64,000 bases of DNA from positions 3,949 to 67,948 of the forward strand of contig CAZJBN010000006.1 in NCBI GenBank assembly GCA_964543955.1, read 5' to 3'. A program made the position numbers and the translations under genes. Under the pieces are notes generated by a model, which saw nothing but the letters and a program-made list of their open reading frames with translations, searched no databases and was not told the origin of the DNA. Positions 62,098 to 64,000 of the stretch are shown piece after piece. The DNA comes from an uncultured Bifidobacteriaceae bacterium (GTDB taxonomy: Bacteria; Acidobacteriota; Vicinamibacteria; Vicinamibacterales; UBA2999). The first letter of the stretch is position 1. Every line of letters starts with the position of its first letter.

Positions 62098-62146
62098 GTA
62101 AGATCCGTCCAGGACGTCGCGGTCCCGCGGCGGCCATACTCATCAC

Positions 62147-63499
62147 ATGCAGGACCTCACGACCGGTTCGGTCACCACCCACCTCCTCAGGACCACCAGT
62201 TTCATGCTGGTGAGCATGGTCTTCCAGACGCTCTATGTACTGGTCGACCTTTACTGGGTCGGCCGTCTCGGCACCGACTCGGTCGCGGCCGTCGCCATCA
62301 GCGGCAACCTGATGTTCGTCGTCCTGGCGCTGACGCAGATGCTGGGCGTGGGCACGACCACACTCGTGTCGCACGCAACGGGGCGGAAGGATCGGGAAGG
62401 CGCCAACCGCGCGTTCAACCAGGCGCAGGTCCTCTCCGTCATGGCCGGCCTGGGCTTCCTCGTCGCGATCTCTGCCCTCAGCGCACCCTTTGCGACGCTG
62501 ATGAGCGCCGACGAAGGGACCAGGGGCGAAGCCATCGCGTACCTCGGCTGGATGGTGCCGGCCTTCTCCCTGCAGTTCCTGATGGTGGCGATGGGCGCGG
62601 CCCAGCGCGGCATCGGCGCCTTCAAGCCGGGGATGGTCGTGCAGACGGCGACCGTCATCATCAACATCGTGCTGGCGCCGATTTTCATCTTCGGCTGGGG
62701 CACGGGCTCTCCCATGGGCGTCGCCGGCGCCGCGTTCGCGAGTTTCGTGGCCATCGGCGTCGGCGTGCTCTGGCTCGCCACCTATTTCGTCGGAGCATCG
62801 GCGTACCTGACCTTCGTGCCGGCAGACTGGAAACCCGATCCCGGAGTATGGCGGCGCATGCTCGCCGTCGGCCTGCCGGCCGGCGCCGAGTTCCTGCTGA
62901 TGGCGGTCTACCTCGGCATCGTCTACGCGTTGATCCGGCCGTTCGGCTCGACCGCGCAGGCAGGCTTCGGCATCGGGTTGCGCATCATGCAGTCCGGCTT
63001 CCTGCCAATCGTGGCCCTCGGCTTTGCCGTGGCGCCGGTCGCCGGGCAGAACTACGGCGCCCGGCTCCCGCAGCGCGTGAGAGCGACGTTCCGCGCGGCG
63101 GCCCTCATGGCGACGAGCGGCATGGCGCTCTTCGCCCTGCTCGCCCACATCGCCCCGGCGGCGCTCATCGGCATCTTCTCGGACGATCCCGAGGTCATCG
63201 CCGTCGGCGACGAATACCTGCGCATCTCGTCGTGGAACTTCGTGGCGTCAGGACTGACCTTCGTCAGCGCGTCGATGTTCCAGGCGATGGGCAACACCAT
63301 CCCGTCGCTCGTCACCTCGTGCACTCGCCTCATCGTCGTGGCAGTGCCGGCCGTCCTGCTGTCACGGCTGCCGGGCTTCGAACTGCGCTGGATCTGGTAT
63401 CTCTCGGTGCTGGCCGTCACCCTGCAGATGGGCCTGAACCTGCTCGTGCTGCAACGCGAGTTCCGCCTCAGGCTCGCCACGACGCCGGTCCAGGGTTGA
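62147..63499 (+). CDS. MATE-family efflux transporter
   Basis: ORF 62147..63499(+) has 12-TM character and the N-terminal sequence LLRTTSFMLVSMVFQTLYVLVDLYWVGRLGTDSVAAVAISG, typical of NorM/DinF-type MATE. Confidence 0.85.
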   Translation: MQDLTTGSVTTHLLRTTSFMLVSMVFQTLYVLVDLYWVGRLGTDSVAAVAISGNLMFVVLALTQMLGVGTTTLVSHATGRKDREGANRAFNQAQVLSVMAGLGFLVAISALSAPFATLMSADEGTRGEAIAYLGWMVPAFSLQFLMVAMGAAQRGIGAFKPGMVVQTATVIINIVLAPIFIFGWGTGSPMGVAGAAFASFVAIGVGVLWLATYFVGASAYLTFVPADWKPDPGVWRRMLAVGLPAGAEFLLMAVYLGIVYALIRPFGSTAQAGFGIGLRIMQSGFLPIVALGFAVAPVAGQNYGARLPQRVRATFRAAALMATSGMALFALLAHIAPAALIGIFSDDPEVIAVGDEYLRISSWNFVASGLTFVSASMFQAMGNTIPSLVTSCTRLIVVAVPAVLLSRLPGFELRWIWYLSVLAVTLQMGLNLLVLQREFRLRLATTPVQG

Positions 63500-63619
63500 G
63501 ACAGCGCGCACAGGCAGGTTCGGGGACCGTCCGACGCGGTCAACGTATAATCCACGCGAATCTGCCCTGCGGCCTTCCGTAATGGACGACCGACCAGCTG
63601 GCAGGCAGGACACGACCCG

Positions 63620-64000
63620 ATGAAGCTGGCCGTACCGAGAGAATGCCGCGCGGGCGAGCGCCGCGTCGCGGCAACCCCCGAGAACGTGGCGCGATTGTCG
63701 AAGCTCGGCTTCGAGGTCGGCGTCGAGTCGCAGGCCGGCGCACTGGCCTCGTTCACCGACGAAGACTACGTGAAGGCCGGCGCCCGCGTGCTGGACGATG
63801 TGCGGGTGCTCTGGGGAGAGGCCGACATCATCCTCAAGGTGCAGCCGCCGGATCAGCACCCCGTGCTCGGCGTGCACGAGGCCGACCTGCCGCGAGAGGG
63901 CGCGACCATCATCAGCTTCCTCTGGCCGGCAAAGAACGCGGCGCTCATCGAGCGCCTGGCGGCGCGCAAGGTCACGGCCATCGCCATGGACCAGGTGCCC
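63620..64000 (+). CDS. pntA: NAD(P) transhydrogenase alpha subunit / alanine-dehydrogenase-fold N-terminus (3' end beyond window)
   Basis: Hand translation from ATG 63620: MKLAVPRECRAGERRVAATPENVARLSKLGFEVGVESQAGALASFTDEDYVKAGARV...ADIILKVQPP...ATIISFLWPAKN...KVTAIAMDQVP. It is absent from the ORF track because there is no stop inside the window. Confidence 0.8.
   Translation, partial: MKLAVPRECRAGERRVAATPENVARLSKLGFEVGVESQAGALASFTDEDYVKAGARVLDDVRVLWGEADIILKVQPPDQHPVLGVHEADLPREGATIISFLWPAKNAALIERLAARKVTAIAMDQVP

Noticed and set aside
63546-63551. TATAAT 68 nt upstream of pntA as a promoter.
   Set aside because: There is no acceptable -35 element at 16-19 nt spacing. A lone hexamer is insufficient evidence.
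1-64000. CRISPR arrays, tandem repeats, IS elements, integrases, prophage genes and rRNA/tRNA genes.
   Set aside because: Scanning the intergenic regions and ORF translations found no regularly spaced direct repeats, transposase or integrase motifs, or RNA gene signatures. Covariance-model and repeat-finder runs would be needed to exclude small RNAs.

Overview
High-GC, densely coding bacterial chromosomal segment with about 59 protein-coding genes on both strands and many 4-nt ATGA/GTGA stop-start overlaps. I recognised no rRNA, tRNA, CRISPR array, transposase or integrase. Gene content in order: (1) a CysM / JAMM (Mec-like) / CysO-MoeZ cysteine cluster in which the sulfur carrier is fused to its E1-like activator; (2) an AlkA-like glycosylase and a SIMPL protein; (3) an aminotransferase / homoserine-dehydrogenase-like / CoA-transferase / unknown operon; (4) a PilT-like ATPase with degenerate catalytic motifs, and ubiE; (5) a feo operon with FeoB split into two coupled genes, headed by a DtxR-FeoA-FeoA protein with a predicted N-terminal membrane anchor, and divergent from a second DtxR-family regulator across an AT-rich palindrome; (6) a HAD phosphatase, a QueC-like protein and a DUF4097 lipoprotein; (7) a PIN-like / ROK / NagA operon; (8) a sigma-54 activator next to an HD-GYP/GAF/GGDEF membrane protein; (9) an FNR-like reductase and fabI; (10) an arginine cluster, argR-argH divergent from argCBDJF, with a TTGACA-N17-TATAAA promoter; (11) DUF2339, rpsD and a secreted CbiX-like protein; (12) a frameshifted PiuC-like hydroxylase; (13) pxpA-hemH; (14) a solitary DGQHR (DndB/DpdB-like) gene flanked by AT-richer DNA; (15) M14 and M24 peptidases, a CadC-like regulator and OsmC; (16) two orphan MacB-type ADOP permeases, one behind BlaI-BlaR1(HEAT) and one behind PadR; (17) fhs, a MATE transporter and the 5' part of pntA. 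The ADOP, DUF2339 and CadC-like content suggests an Acidobacteriota-like soil bacterium, which is inference only. The best second-look candidates are the solitary DGQHR gene, the CysO-MoeZ fusion with its adjacent JAMM, the Feo regulator and split FeoB, the PilT paralog, the BlaR1(HEAT)-ADOP module, the paired palindromes at the pxpA start, and the structured repeat region at 61.87-62.15 kb. All calls rest on motif recognition by eye; no database search was run.
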